Assembly: GCA_029856105.1 (NCBI GenBank)
Contig: JAHQWH010000085.1
Location: forward strand, 1-38,134
Length of the DNA: 38,134 bases
Direction: 5' to 3'
From: Promethearchaeia archaeon
Lineage (GTDB): Archaea > Asgardarchaeota > Lokiarchaeia > Sigyniarchaeales > SOKP01
Shown here one piece after another: positions 16,913-26,636 of this stretch. The notes below the pieces were generated by a model, which saw only the letters and a program-made list of their open reading frames with translations, was not told the DNA's origin and made no database searches. The first letter of the stretch is position 1. The number at the start of each line of letters is the position of its first letter. The translations under genes were made by a program, and so were the position numbers.

Positions 16913-18736
16913 ATGACAGATCCAAAAGCTATAAAAAATAATCCCTTCAAAGATTTAGGTGAAATTCCCGAAAAGAAATACCACGATGGATACACCCTCG
17001 ATTCAACGTACATTACAGTGAGAGAGGGGGTTAAAATTGCTGCGACAATTTGCCTTCCTAAGGGACTTTCTCCGGACGATAAAATCCCTACGGTATTAAC
17101 TCAAACGAGATATTGGAGAGCGATGGAATTGAGAATTCCATTTAGATGGCTTTTTGATAGTATGATAACAAACGCTCCAAACCCCGAGATTGTTACTAGT
17201 CGAGGCTATGCTCTCATTTATACCGATGTTAGAGGGACTGGAGCATCATTTGGTACAAGAATAATACCGTTTTCCGAAGAGGAAGTAAAAGATGGTTCCG
17301 ATATAGTTAATTGGATTATAAATCAGCCTTGGTCAGATGGAAATGTAGTTTCTAAGGGAATTTCATACACAGGGACTACGGCAGAATTATTTTCTGGAAA
17401 TAATCATCTAGCAATAAAAGCAGTTATGCCAGGACACGGATATTGGGACCCGTATACTGATGTAGCATTCCCAGGAGGATGTTATGATCATGCTTTTATG
17501 CAGATGTGGTCATTTCTAGGGAAAAACTTAGATTTAAATAGCCCTAAAGTCTTTTCGCAAATAATGCCAGAAGTCTGGTTATTTGTTAAAGGCGTAAAAC
17601 CGGTAAGCTCTGATACGGATCTAAAATTATTAAAAGATGCTATAAGTCAACATGAATCAAATCAATATGTATATGAGCATACGGTAATTAGAGATTTCCG
17701 CAACGATAAGCTTCCTGACGGCACTCTTTTTGACGATATTAGTATATTTGCTCAAAAAGAAAAAATTGAAAGTTCAAAAGTTCCAATTTTGGCTTGGTGC
17801 TCATGGTATGATTCAGGGTATGGAGACGCAATTATTAATCGATTCATGAACTTAAGCAATCCCACGATCGCTATTTTAGGTGATTGGACTCATGGAGCTG
17901 GATTACCAGCAAACCAATTTTTTCCTGAAAGAACCATAGTAACTCCAAAACCACGAGATAGAATTAATGCTTGGATCAATTTCTTCGATAAATGCGTATA
18001 TGGCGATGGAATACAAGGAAAAACGCTATATTACTATACATTGGTTGAAGAAGAGTGGAAAAAAACTAATGTATGGCCACCTTTAGGACATAATTATCAA
18101 AAATGGTATTTTTCAGAAAATTATTCTCTAACGAGAGAAGAACCAGCGATAGATGTTGGAGCTGATAACTATAAAATTAATTTCCGGGTCACAACTGGAC
18201 GAAATAATAGGTGGTGGGCATTATTAGGTTTGCCTATAACATACTACAATAGAAATAAAATTGATGAAAAACTCCTATGTTATACAAGCCAACCATTCGA
18301 ATCTGATACAGAAATCACGGGACAAATAATTCTATGCCTATATATGGCATCGACACACGAGGATGGCACAGTCTTTGCTTATTTTGAAGATGTAGATGAA
18401 AGTGGGAATATCACTTACATAACTGATGGAGAATTTAGATTGATTCATAGAAAAGTTTTATCTACAAAACCACCATATAAAATTTTAATTCCTTACCATA
18501 GTTATAACGAAGAAGATGCAGCTCCACTTGTTCCTGGAAAAATCATGGAAATAAAATTCGGACTACACGCAACTTCAGTTCTTATTAAAAAAGGACATAG
18601 AATTAAAATTGCCATTGCTGGAGCAGATAAAGATACATTTATACGTTATCCTAAAGAAGGAAGACCAACAATTACTATATCTCGATGTAAAGAATTTCCA
18701 TCTTATATTAAAATTCCAATTATAAAGAAGGAGTAA
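16913..18736 (+). CDS. CocE/NonD family hydrolase (peptidase S15-like)
   Basis: TRY, DVRGTGASFG, QPWSDGNV, nucleophile GISY, GDWTH, C-terminal PepX-like domain. Confidence 0.93.
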   Translation: MTDPKAIKNNPFKDLGEIPEKKYHDGYTLDSTYITVREGVKIAATICLPKGLSPDDKIPTVLTQTRYWRAMELRIPFRWLFDSMITNAPNPEIVTSRGYALIYTDVRGTGASFGTRIIPFSEEEVKDGSDIVNWIINQPWSDGNVVSKGISYTGTTAELFSGNNHLAIKAVMPGHGYWDPYTDVAFPGGCYDHAFMQMWSFLGKNLDLNSPKVFSQIMPEVWLFVKGVKPVSSDTDLKLLKDAISQHESNQYVYEHTVIRDFRNDKLPDGTLFDDISIFAQKEKIESSKVPILAWCSWYDSGYGDAIINRFMNLSNPTIAILGDWTHGAGLPANQFFPERTIVTPKPRDRINAWINFFDKCVYGDGIQGKTLYYYTLVEEEWKKTNVWPPLGHNYQKWYFSENYSLTREEPAIDVGADNYKINFRVTTGRNNRWWALLGLPITYYNRNKIDEKLLCYTSQPFESDTEITGQIILCLYMASTHEDGTVFAYFEDVDESGNITYITDGEFRLIHRKVLSTKPPYKILIPYHSYNEEDAAPLVPGKIMEIKFGLHATSVLIKKGHRIKIAIAGADKDTFIRYPKEGRPTITISRCKEFPSYIKIPIIKKE

Positions 18737-18753
18737 ATTAACTCATTAAATAG

Positions 18754-19125
18754 GTGATAGAAAAAATGGAAGAAATTATACCAAGTTTAAAAGGTATGTT
18801 AAAAGATGCGACTGTTATAAAGTCAGATGCAACCAGATTTGAAATAACTATAACAATACTTAATGAAATTAAGGGTAATGTGGCAGATCCTGGCGAAATT
18901 TTAGTTATGCTAAAAATGTTTGGTGGGTTAAAGGAGGATGTCCCCATGGAAATAGACATCAATAACGAAACGCAGATTATCGAACTAAAATTTCAAACTG
19001 AAGAAGACTTTAAAAAAATCCAAAAAATTATGGAGACTATCTGGGATGATGCGGTAGATATGCTCGAACAAGCCTCACAAGGCGATTTTAGTCGTATAAA
19101 AAAAGTTCCTAATATTGACGATTAG
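18754..19125 (+). CDS. Hypothetical protein
   Basis: 123-aa ORF directly after the hydrolase; true start may be the ATG four codons in, behind a GGTGA SD. Confidence 0.7.
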   Translation: MIEKMEEIIPSLKGMLKDATVIKSDATRFEITITILNEIKGNVADPGEILVMLKMFGGLKEDVPMEIDINNETQIIELKFQTEEDFKKIQKIMETIWDDAVDMLEQASQGDFSRIKKVPNIDD

Positions 19126-19146
19126 TTTTAACTTCTTTTTTTATTT

Positions 19147-20136
19147 TTAATTCACTTTTGTTTTTGTATGTTTTTGTTTTAATAAAGAGAAGAAGTCAGT
19201 TAAATCGATATTTCCTCCGCTAATTATAAGCCCAATTTTTTTACCTTTAATTAACGACGGTTCTATTTCGCCGTACAATAATCCTGCTAAAGGAACTGCT
19301 CCCGAAGGTTCTACAACTAATTTCATGCGCTCCCAATAGAATTTCATTGCCTCAATAATTTGTTCTTCAGTAACCGTAATAATATCGTTGACAAACTCTT
19401 GGATTATTGGAAAAGTTTTTTCCCCCACTGAAGTTCTCAACCCATCAGCAATAGTATTTGGATTTTCGACGGGTACCCTCTTTCCTAATTGAAACGACCT
19501 AAATGTATCGTCAGCGTTTTTTGGTTCCACACCAACGACTTTAATTCTCGGATCCAACCCTTTAGCTGCTATAGAGCATCCACTAATTAATCCACCTCCG
19601 CCAACAGGGACAAGTAATAAGTCTAGAGCTTTATAATTGCTAATGAATTCATAACCAGTAGTTCCCGCGCCATAAATTACGTCATAGTCGTCGAATGGGT
19701 GGATTAGTCTATATTTGTTCTGCTTTATTAATTCAGCGGTTAAATTATCTCGATCACCAGGCTGGTTTCCACATAAAACGACTTCAGCCCCATAACCTCG
19801 TGTAGCAGCTATTTTAGACGGTGTCGCATTATTGGGCATAACTATCGTAGCTTTAATGTGTAAAATTTTAGCTACTAAAGCAACCGCTTGAGCAAAGTTC
19901 CCTGACGAGTGAGCAATAATTCCCCTCTCCCTTTCTTCCGAAGATATGTGGCTTATACAATTCCAAGCCCCCCTAAACTTAAACGAACCAGTTCGTTGAA
20001 AATTTTCACATTTTACTATTACTCGTTTCGCACCTATCATCGAATCTAAAGTTCTACTAGTCATTAATGGCGTTCGGTTTACAACATGGGACACTACTTT
20101 TTCGGCATGCTTTATGTTTTTAAATATTTTAATCAA
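19147..20136 (-). CDS. PLP-dependent serine/threonine dehydratase (serine racemase-like)
   Basis: KCENFQRTGSFKFRGA, SSGN, VGGGGL, VEPSGA, SGGN. Confidence 0.93.
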   Translation of the reverse strand: MIKIFKNIKHAEKVVSHVVNRTPLMTSRTLDSMIGAKRVIVKCENFQRTGSFKFRGAWNCISHISSEERERGIIAHSSGNFAQAVALVAKILHIKATIVMPNNATPSKIAATRGYGAEVVLCGNQPGDRDNLTAELIKQNKYRLIHPFDDYDVIYGAGTTGYEFISNYKALDLLLVPVGGGGLISGCSIAAKGLDPRIKVVGVEPKNADDTFRSFQLGKRVPVENPNTIADGLRTSVGEKTFPIIQEFVNDIITVTEEQIIEAMKFYWERMKLVVEPSGAVPLAGLLYGEIEPSLIKGKKIGLIISGGNIDLTDFFSLLKQKHTKTKVN

Positions 20137-20321
20137 CCTCTTAATCGTCGTTTATAAAATTATTGTTCAATTTAGAGCGTTTACTTGTTTTTATTCGTTA
20201 GTAATAATATATAATAAATGTGTGTAATCTTAAAAAAAATGCTTAAAATTTGAATGTTTGAAGTTAAGAATAATATTTAAAAGATTTATAAGAAATCTTT
20301 TTTATCAAATTATTACTTTTT

Positions 20322-21485
20322 TTAGAGAACTATCGTGTCACCAGTAGCAAATTTATTCAAGGCATCTTCATCTAATTTTACGCCCCACCCTGGTCCATCT
20401 GGAACGACGGCGTAGCCATTACTGTAATCAATTGGTTTCAAGATGAGATCGTCAACGAGCATCTCTTGACCAAATAATTCTGTCGCGTAATCAATAAAGG
20501 GATATTTTGCGGTTGCAAAGTGAATATGCATCGCTGAGGCAATTCCTAACGGTTGATTATGTAAAACAACGCCTAAACCACGCATTTTTGCATAATCCAA
20601 GGCTTTCAGGGCTTTTGTTACTCCTCCTGGACGATCTGAGTTTAACCCTAAAACTCTTACTGCTTTTAATTCGACTAGTGTAATAAAATCTTTTAACGAA
20701 AAAAATCCCTCGTGAGACATTAAAGGGATGTTAACTCTACTTTGAACGTAAGCCATTCCTAAATAGTCCGATGCATTCACTGGTTCTTCGGCAAAGTCTA
20801 TTCCATAAGGTTCAATGGCTTTAATAGCTCGAACGGCCATTGAAGGATTATAAGCTTGGTTGTAATCTACGCGTAAATTAATTTTGTTTCCAAAAATCTT
20901 TCTTATCGCTTGTAAGATATTTACGTCGTCTTCAACGCTTTTTCCGAGCTTTAGTCGAAAATTTCTGAACCCTTTTTTGTAATAGGTTCTTACTAGCCCT
21001 TTCATTAACATTGGATCGCCTAAAGGTATAAGCGCCGCTAAAGGAATCTTGTCTACGAATTTACCCCCCATATAATAACACGCAGGTAAATCAGTTATCT
21101 GACCCATTAAATCGTAGCAAGCCATATCGATCATTCCTTTTGCAGCTTCGTTACGCGCCAAGTTTACATCCATTCGATAATTTATCTTTTCGATATTGAA
21201 CGGGTTTTCACCTAAAATATACTTCGTTAAACAATTTTTTATGGCATCAATAATCTGGTTGGGCGATACGCCAGTCTCAGGTAACCAAAGAAAAGCTTCT
21301 CCTAATCCTATATTTCCACGTTTACTAATGAGTTTACAAACTACGAAATCTCCCCCAAGCCATGCCTCTTCTGCAGCAATTGCCGTACCTAAATTACCTT
21401 CCCCTTCGCCCATTGCCTTTATAACATAATCTTTAAATGGTACATGTAAAGGCGTTAATTCGATTCTTTCGATTTGATATTTCAT
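20322..21485 (-). CDS. Enolase superfamily, mandelate racemase/muconate lactonizing enzyme-like
   Basis: GLGEA, IDMACYDLMG, LRVDYNQ, EEP, VPDGPGWGV. Confidence 0.9.
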   Translation of the reverse strand: MKYQIERIELTPLHVPFKDYVIKAMGEGEGNLGTAIAAEEAWLGGDFVVCKLISKRGNIGLGEAFLWLPETGVSPNQIIDAIKNCLTKYILGENPFNIEKINYRMDVNLARNEAAKGMIDMACYDLMGQITDLPACYYMGGKFVDKIPLAALIPLGDPMLMKGLVRTYYKKGFRNFRLKLGKSVEDDVNILQAIRKIFGNKINLRVDYNQAYNPSMAVRAIKAIEPYGIDFAEEPVNASDYLGMAYVQSRVNIPLMSHEGFFSLKDFITLVELKAVRVLGLNSDRPGGVTKALKALDYAKMRGLGVVLHNQPLGIASAMHIHFATAKYPFIDYATELFGQEMLVDDLILKPIDYSNGYAVVPDGPGWGVKLDEDALNKFATGDTIVL

Positions 21486-21560
21486 TGTAACTCCTACATT
21501 ATCTTATTTTTGATTAGTAATATATCAGTGTTTATCAGTTTCATAAAAAATAAAAAAAAA

Positions 21561-21635
21561 TTAAATAAGAGCCGCCAAATCCTTACAATTATATGCAATT
21601 CTCATTAAATCTCTAATCTTTTCCTCTTCTTTAAA
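21561..21635 (-). pseudogene. 75-bp copy of the 3' end of the AbrB/PhoU regulator gene (2412-2486)
   Basis: 72 of 75 nt identical by manual alignment; encodes FKEEEKIRDLMRIAYNCKDLAALI* versus FKEKEKIRDLMRIAYNCKDMAALI*. Confidence 0.9.
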
Positions 21636-21645
21636 AATACTTTAC

Positions 21646-22380
21646 TCAATCATTTCTAATTAACCATTTAGCTATTCGATCTGGTAATAAAAAACCTAAA
21701 TAGTACTCAATCGCACTTGATATTAATAACAATCTTATAATTATGACACCCGTAATTCCTAATTCAAAACCAGAATCTAATATTGCTGATATCGCAAATG
21801 AAATGAAAGCAATTAATAGAAATCTCCCTTTCCATTGAACCTTTGGATCCTTTGATTTTAAGGATTTTAGAGCAAAGAGAACCCCTGTAATTAAGGCTGA
21901 AATTATAGCAAATGCTTGAAAAATCCTTGTAAAAGATAGATATCTTGCGTCGAAAGTCCCGTCAAATTCTCCAATAACATTTACATCAATTACCATAAAG
22001 ATAAGAAAGAATATTATGAAAATAATACTTATTAATGAATAAACTATTAGTAAAATCTTTTTCGCCTTAACATACGCCATTTTTGCGAATGAGTATATCC
22101 AACATATTATTGCCACAGGAATAAATATATTTCCAATAAGGAAAAAAACATGAATTTCCCATAATACACCAAAGAAAATATATGAAAGAAATGAAAATGG
22201 TGCGGACCACCATGGTGAAGAAAGACAAATCCAAGCAAGTCCTACCAAGATTAATTCTTTTGCATTAACAGAAAAATACTTCAATAAAATCTTAATACCA
22301 ACAATTAAGGAAATTATCACAAAAAGCAATGTAAAAGATGCGATTATTATATTTTCTTGAGATAAAATTTGTAAAATCAT
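21646..22380 (-). CDS. Stand-alone ~7 TM membrane protein
   Basis: About seven hydrophobic helices; MILQ start and layout similar to 13463-14185. Confidence 0.75.
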   Translation of the reverse strand: MILQILSQENIIIASFTLLFVIISLIVGIKILLKYFSVNAKELILVGLAWICLSSPWWSAPFSFLSYIFFGVLWEIHVFFLIGNIFIPVAIICWIYSFAKMAYVKAKKILLIVYSLISIIFIIFFLIFMVIDVNVIGEFDGTFDARYLSFTRIFQAFAIISALITGVLFALKSLKSKDPKVQWKGRFLLIAFISFAISAILDSGFELGITGVIIIRLLLISSAIEYYLGFLLPDRIAKWLIRND

Positions 22381-22499
22381 ACTTAAAATTTGTATTTAAT
22401 AAATTTATAATTTACGAGATCTTTATGTTATATCTTCAAATAGTTTTATTTTGGTAATACTAAAAATAAAAAAAAAATTAAATTAATAATTTATTGGTT

Positions 22500-24560
22500 T
22501 TAGAACGGACCATCTAAGCTCATAAAAACGCAAGGGTGATCAGCAGCGGTCCCTCCAGTATATGTGATTGAGGAGACTGATGTATTAAGCCCCCCAGATA
22601 CGAAGATATGATCAATTCTTCCATCTGGAAGTATAGTCTCCCAACCTTCCGGTACATTGCCAATTGTCTTTCCTAGGGCAACTTCCCAACAATCGTATAA
22701 TTGTGCTACTGTTATATTGTATTGTTCGGTACCAAGTTCAAAGTTAAAATCTCCCATTAATATTACGTTGCTCAAACCGTTAGTTACCGACAAAATATTT
22801 TCTTGTTGGACAATTTGCGAAAGATCTTCTGCAGGGTCTTCGTAATTTCCTAGGTGTGTAACGAAAATATTGAATGTTGTACTTCCAACCATAATTTGAG
22901 CCCATATAGTCGCTGTTTGTTCCCCGTTACTTTCCATATAAAAAGTTTTAGGGTTTAAGATCGGATATTTTGAAAGTAATGCAATTCCAAAAGTTCCAGT
23001 TAATGTTTTTGGTCCAAAGTATGAATACAACTTCAATCGATTACTAACGAATCTAACAATATCTGAATTTCCACCTGAAATTCTGCAAGTATCTGATTCT
23101 TGTAATCCTATGATATCAGCATCCAGATATCTAATAACTTGAAATTGAGCGTCAAAATTTTTGTTACCTGATTCGTCTGATCCTTGTTGTATGTTATATG
23201 ATAAGACTTTTAAAGAATCTCCAGATACATCGTGATCTATAGGGAATTCTAACACTACAGCTCCAATAATTGTCGTTAAACTAATCATGACAATTATTAC
23301 CATGGCTTTTTTTTTGTTTTTGACGGATGAATTAATTGATTCAAATGTACCTCTTGAGGCTTTATTTATTAAAAAGAGCGGTAAGAACACGACCACTCCT
23401 AATATTAAGTATATAGCCCAGATTGCGTCTCTAAATAAATCTCCGATTAAAGGAATGTAGTCCCATACAATCGTAAAAACAGCAGATAAAATCATAATTA
23501 AGAAAAAGCCAGACGAGACGAAAAAACTACCGCCTAATTTTCTCATACCTGGTCTACTTCTAAATAACTCGCTCGATAGTAATATAAAATCAAGTAAGAT
23601 TATTGGGCTTAGAACTAGCATAATCATTAGCATTGCTTCGTTAAACATATTTGCGTCAGGAGGATAGAACGGATAAAACGGAACAAAGGCAAAGATTACA
23701 GTATTTCCTAATATGGTTAAAGTTAGCGTCGCAATAAAAGTAACATTCCAAATAGTAACTATATATGATTTCAATTTCCCGATTATACCAGGGTTAGAGA
23801 TTACAAGAATTATAAAAGCAGAATTTACTAAAACGAGAAGGGTTAGAATTAAAATGTAATTTGATTCCGTCCACCTTGTTATAACTGTAGGGCTGCTAAA
23901 TACGAAATATATCAGAGTTATTACGCTTATCATTCCTAGAGTTAATCCGATAATTTTCCATTTGCTTGCTGGTTTAAAGCCACTTTTAGTTATGTCGCTT
24001 GAAGAGGTTGAGCTTTGCTCTGAGTTTGCTAAATGGAATATCATCAATCCCGCAAATATTGCTAATATCCACCCAATCCACATGAACCAACTGTATGCAG
24101 ATAGATCAATAGAAGATCCTAGCGTTCGCAATAAGATCGATAATAATAATCCTAAACCTAACCCAGCTCCTAATAAAATTCCGTTGCTTTCGTGGTTTCC
24201 TTTTGTTTTTTTATGAAGGTAAACTGGAAAAAAAATCATAAAACAAGCCAATCCGAATCCTGTGACAAGCATTTTTAGTTGAACATCTAAAAAAGGTTGT
24301 AAGACTCTACAAATAACAATAAACTCACCGATTGCGATAAAAGCTTTGTTAGGAAAACCTCTTTTGAAGAATAAAAGCAGAAATGGAGTCAAAAGAAATA
24401 ACAAAGCTAAGATATTCTCGTTCAATTCAACTTCAATGAGATTTAACGCGTATATCGATTCTAAGAACTCTGTCATGAGTTGGAAGAAGAATAGAAACAT
24501 TATACTGAGAAAGACTAATTCTGAATAGAATTTATTAATAAATTTGTTATAGATTTCCAT
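22500..24560 (-). CDS. Multi-pass membrane protein with C-terminal EEP (endonuclease/exonuclease/phosphatase) domain, CWH43/PGAP2IP-like
   Basis: ~440-aa hydrophobic region then SYNIQQG, GLQESD, LLSKYPI, THLG, MGDFN, RIDHIF, DH. Confidence 0.85.
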   Translation of the reverse strand: MEIYNKFINKFYSELVFLSIMFLFFFQLMTEFLESIYALNLIEVELNENILALLFLLTPFLLLFFKRGFPNKAFIAIGEFIVICRVLQPFLDVQLKMLVTGFGLACFMIFFPVYLHKKTKGNHESNGILLGAGLGLGLLLSILLRTLGSSIDLSAYSWFMWIGWILAIFAGLMIFHLANSEQSSTSSSDITKSGFKPASKWKIIGLTLGMISVITLIYFVFSSPTVITRWTESNYILILTLLVLVNSAFIILVISNPGIIGKLKSYIVTIWNVTFIATLTLTILGNTVIFAFVPFYPFYPPDANMFNEAMLMIMLVLSPIILLDFILLSSELFRSRPGMRKLGGSFFVSSGFFLIMILSAVFTIVWDYIPLIGDLFRDAIWAIYLILGVVVFLPLFLINKASRGTFESINSSVKNKKKAMVIIVMISLTTIIGAVVLEFPIDHDVSGDSLKVLSYNIQQGSDESGNKNFDAQFQVIRYLDADIIGLQESDTCRISGGNSDIVRFVSNRLKLYSYFGPKTLTGTFGIALLSKYPILNPKTFYMESNGEQTATIWAQIMVGSTTFNIFVTHLGNYEDPAEDLSQIVQQENILSVTNGLSNVILMGDFNFELGTEQYNITVAQLYDCWEVALGKTIGNVPEGWETILPDGRIDHIFVSGGLNTSVSSITYTGGTAADHPCVFMSLDGPF

Positions 24561-24623
24561 ATTAAAACTTAATATTTTTGAAATATATAAGCTTTTAAAA
24601 TAATCTAAAAATTTAAGTGAAAT

Positions 24624-25331
24624 TTAGATAAAAATAACGTTCTCGAAAAGAAAGTAGAAAAATGACACGCTACCAAGATACATTAGCATTACGACAAAAG
24701 CAACAACAATTAACATTAAGTAGTGCTGATTTTTTGTCTTTTCAAAATAATAAAAAGTGGTAAGGCCTAAAATAACTTCAGGTATAATTATATAGACGGC
24801 TAAATGATCGAAAATCAGAGTGACATTTTGTGGGTGCCAAGATTGAAGCATCCACATAGATTGTTCGGAAAACCCAAAAATCGTCAATGAGATTAATCCT
24901 ACGATAATAAAGGTCTTAGAGTAAGAATATTTTTCCTTTAACTTGAGTCCAATAAAACAAATTAAAAATAAAGGGATAGCCCATAATCCCGCCATGTATC
25001 CAGAAACAGTTCCAATTTTAAACAATCCATCCTCCGGAAAGACTAAGATGTCTAATTGAGCCGATAGGAACCAATCTGGCCATATTTGAAACAAACTTAT
25101 TAAAAAAACAAAAACCCATAGCTTTACCCATTCACTATATTTTCTTAACAAGCCTACTAATAAAATTAGTAGATTATAACTAATTACAAGTATAAACAAT
25201 TTTATCCCCATCTCAATTGGGAATGGTATAATTAAAACAGCGAAGCATAAAACTGTGAAAATTAAATGAACTATAATAAAATCCCTAGTCGTTTTTGCTG
25301 TATTTACATTTTTCTCCATAATAGTTACCAC
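24624..25331 (-). CDS. Uncharacterised multi-pass membrane protein
   Basis: Hydrophobic 235-aa ORF with PDWFLS and MAGLWAIP segments. Confidence 0.75.
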   Translation of the reverse strand: MVTIMEKNVNTAKTTRDFIIVHLIFTVLCFAVLIIPFPIEMGIKLFILVISYNLLILLVGLLRKYSEWVKLWVFVFLISLFQIWPDWFLSAQLDILVFPEDGLFKIGTVSGYMAGLWAIPLFLICFIGLKLKEKYSYSKTFIIVGLISLTIFGFSEQSMWMLQSWHPQNVTLIFDHLAVYIIIPEVILGLTTFYYFEKTKNQHYLMLIVVAFVVMLMYLGSVSFFYFLFENVIFI

Positions 25332-25419
25332 AATTAAAGAAATATATATACTTATAACATATTTTAAATAAACAAAAAATCGATTAAAAAAATAAAGTTA
25401 TTTGTTAATGTGATTTGAT

Positions 25420-26265
25420 ATGGGAGATGAAATTAAAAAAGTTGGAATTGTTGGAGCGGGTTTTACCGGTAAACAGATAGCTGCTCATACAGCTCTAAAC
25501 AACTTCATAGTAAAAGTTTATGATATTAACTCAAAAATTTTAGAAGACGCTAAAAAATATATCACAGGAGTTTTAAAACGAAAAAAACAATTAGATGCAA
25601 TTCAAAACGTTTCATACTATTCAGATTTAGATAAAGCGTTGGTGGATGTTGATCTTATAATTGAAGCAGTTCCAGAAAATCTCGAATTAAAAAGAAAAGT
25701 GTTTTCTCAAATTGATAGTTTAGCCCCTGCAAAGACTATTATTGCTACTAATAGTTCTTCTTATCCTGTTTCGCGAATTGAATCTACGATCAATAGAAAA
25801 GATAAAGTTCTAAATATTCATTTTTATCCTCCAATTCCTACTCGACCAATGGCAGATATTATGCGTGGAACTGAGACTAGCGATGAAACATTTGAACTTG
25901 GAAAAAATTGGATAATAAATATTGGATGCGAACCTCTTATAGTTAAAAAAGAATGTTTTGGTTTTGTTTTTAATAGAATATGGCACGCCGTAAAAAAAGA
26001 ATGTCTTAAAATGTGGGATGGAGGTTACGCAGATATAGAAGTTATCGATACGGCTTGGAAAATATTTACTAAAATGAAATTGGGACCATTTACTATGATG
26101 GATGGTATCGGCTTAGACGTTGCGTATGCTGTAGAAATGTCTTATTATGAAGAGAGTGGAGACCCAAAAGACGAACCGCCGCAAGCTTTTAAGGAGATGG
26201 TTGAGCGGGGAGATTTAGGCTTAAAAACTGGAAAGGGTTTTTATACTTGGAAGAAAAAAAAATAA
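25420..26265 (+). CDS. 3-hydroxyacyl-CoA dehydrogenase family
   Basis: VGAGFTG, IEAVPENLELK, ATNSSS, HF, GFVFNR, GP...DGIGLDV, GLKTGKGFY. Confidence 0.93.
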   Translation: MGDEIKKVGIVGAGFTGKQIAAHTALNNFIVKVYDINSKILEDAKKYITGVLKRKKQLDAIQNVSYYSDLDKALVDVDLIIEAVPENLELKRKVFSQIDSLAPAKTIIATNSSSYPVSRIESTINRKDKVLNIHFYPPIPTRPMADIMRGTETSDETFELGKNWIINIGCEPLIVKKECFGFVFNRIWHAVKKECLKMWDGGYADIEVIDTAWKIFTKMKLGPFTMMDGIGLDVAYAVEMSYYEESGDPKDEPPQAFKEMVERGDLGLKTGKGFYTWKKKK

Positions 26266-26345
26266 TTTTTTTCTTTAAAACTTAATAAAATAAAAGAATT
26301 GAAAATATAAGGTTTGAGATTTCATTTTGACTGAAACTATTAATT

Positions 26346-26615
26346 TTAACCCCAATCACTTTTATATCCCGTACCTCCCAAAGGCCAAGTGAAAATAACT
26401 GCGTCCTCAGAACAGACATACCAACAGGATGCACACTCCATACATTTTTCCAAACTCTTAACCCTTGCTTTTTTTTCTACAATTTCAAAGCAACCCGCTA
26501 GACATACATTTACACAATTCCTACATCCTATACATTTTGCTTCATCAATTTTTATGAAGTCACCTGTTCCCTCAACCCACTCCACACCAAGAAATTCTTT
26601 AAAAGTTCTTACCAT
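26346..26615 (-). CDS. 2x[4Fe-4S] ferredoxin (FixX-like)
   Basis: CIGCRNCVNVC and CMECASCWYVC, W-P-GG-G tail, directly downstream of the FixC-like gene. Confidence 0.9.
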   Translation of the reverse strand: MVRTFKEFLGVEWVEGTGDFIKIDEAKCIGCRNCVNVCLAGCFEIVEKKARVKSLEKCMECASCWYVCSEDAVIFTWPLGGTGYKSDWG

Positions 26616-26636
26616 TGTTAATTCACTCCTTTTTAA

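Noticed and set aside
2412-21635. 75-bp direct repeat as attL/attR of an integrated element
   Set aside because: No integrase or viral genes, and the duplicated 3' end lies upstream of the intact gene rather than downstream as expected for classic integration
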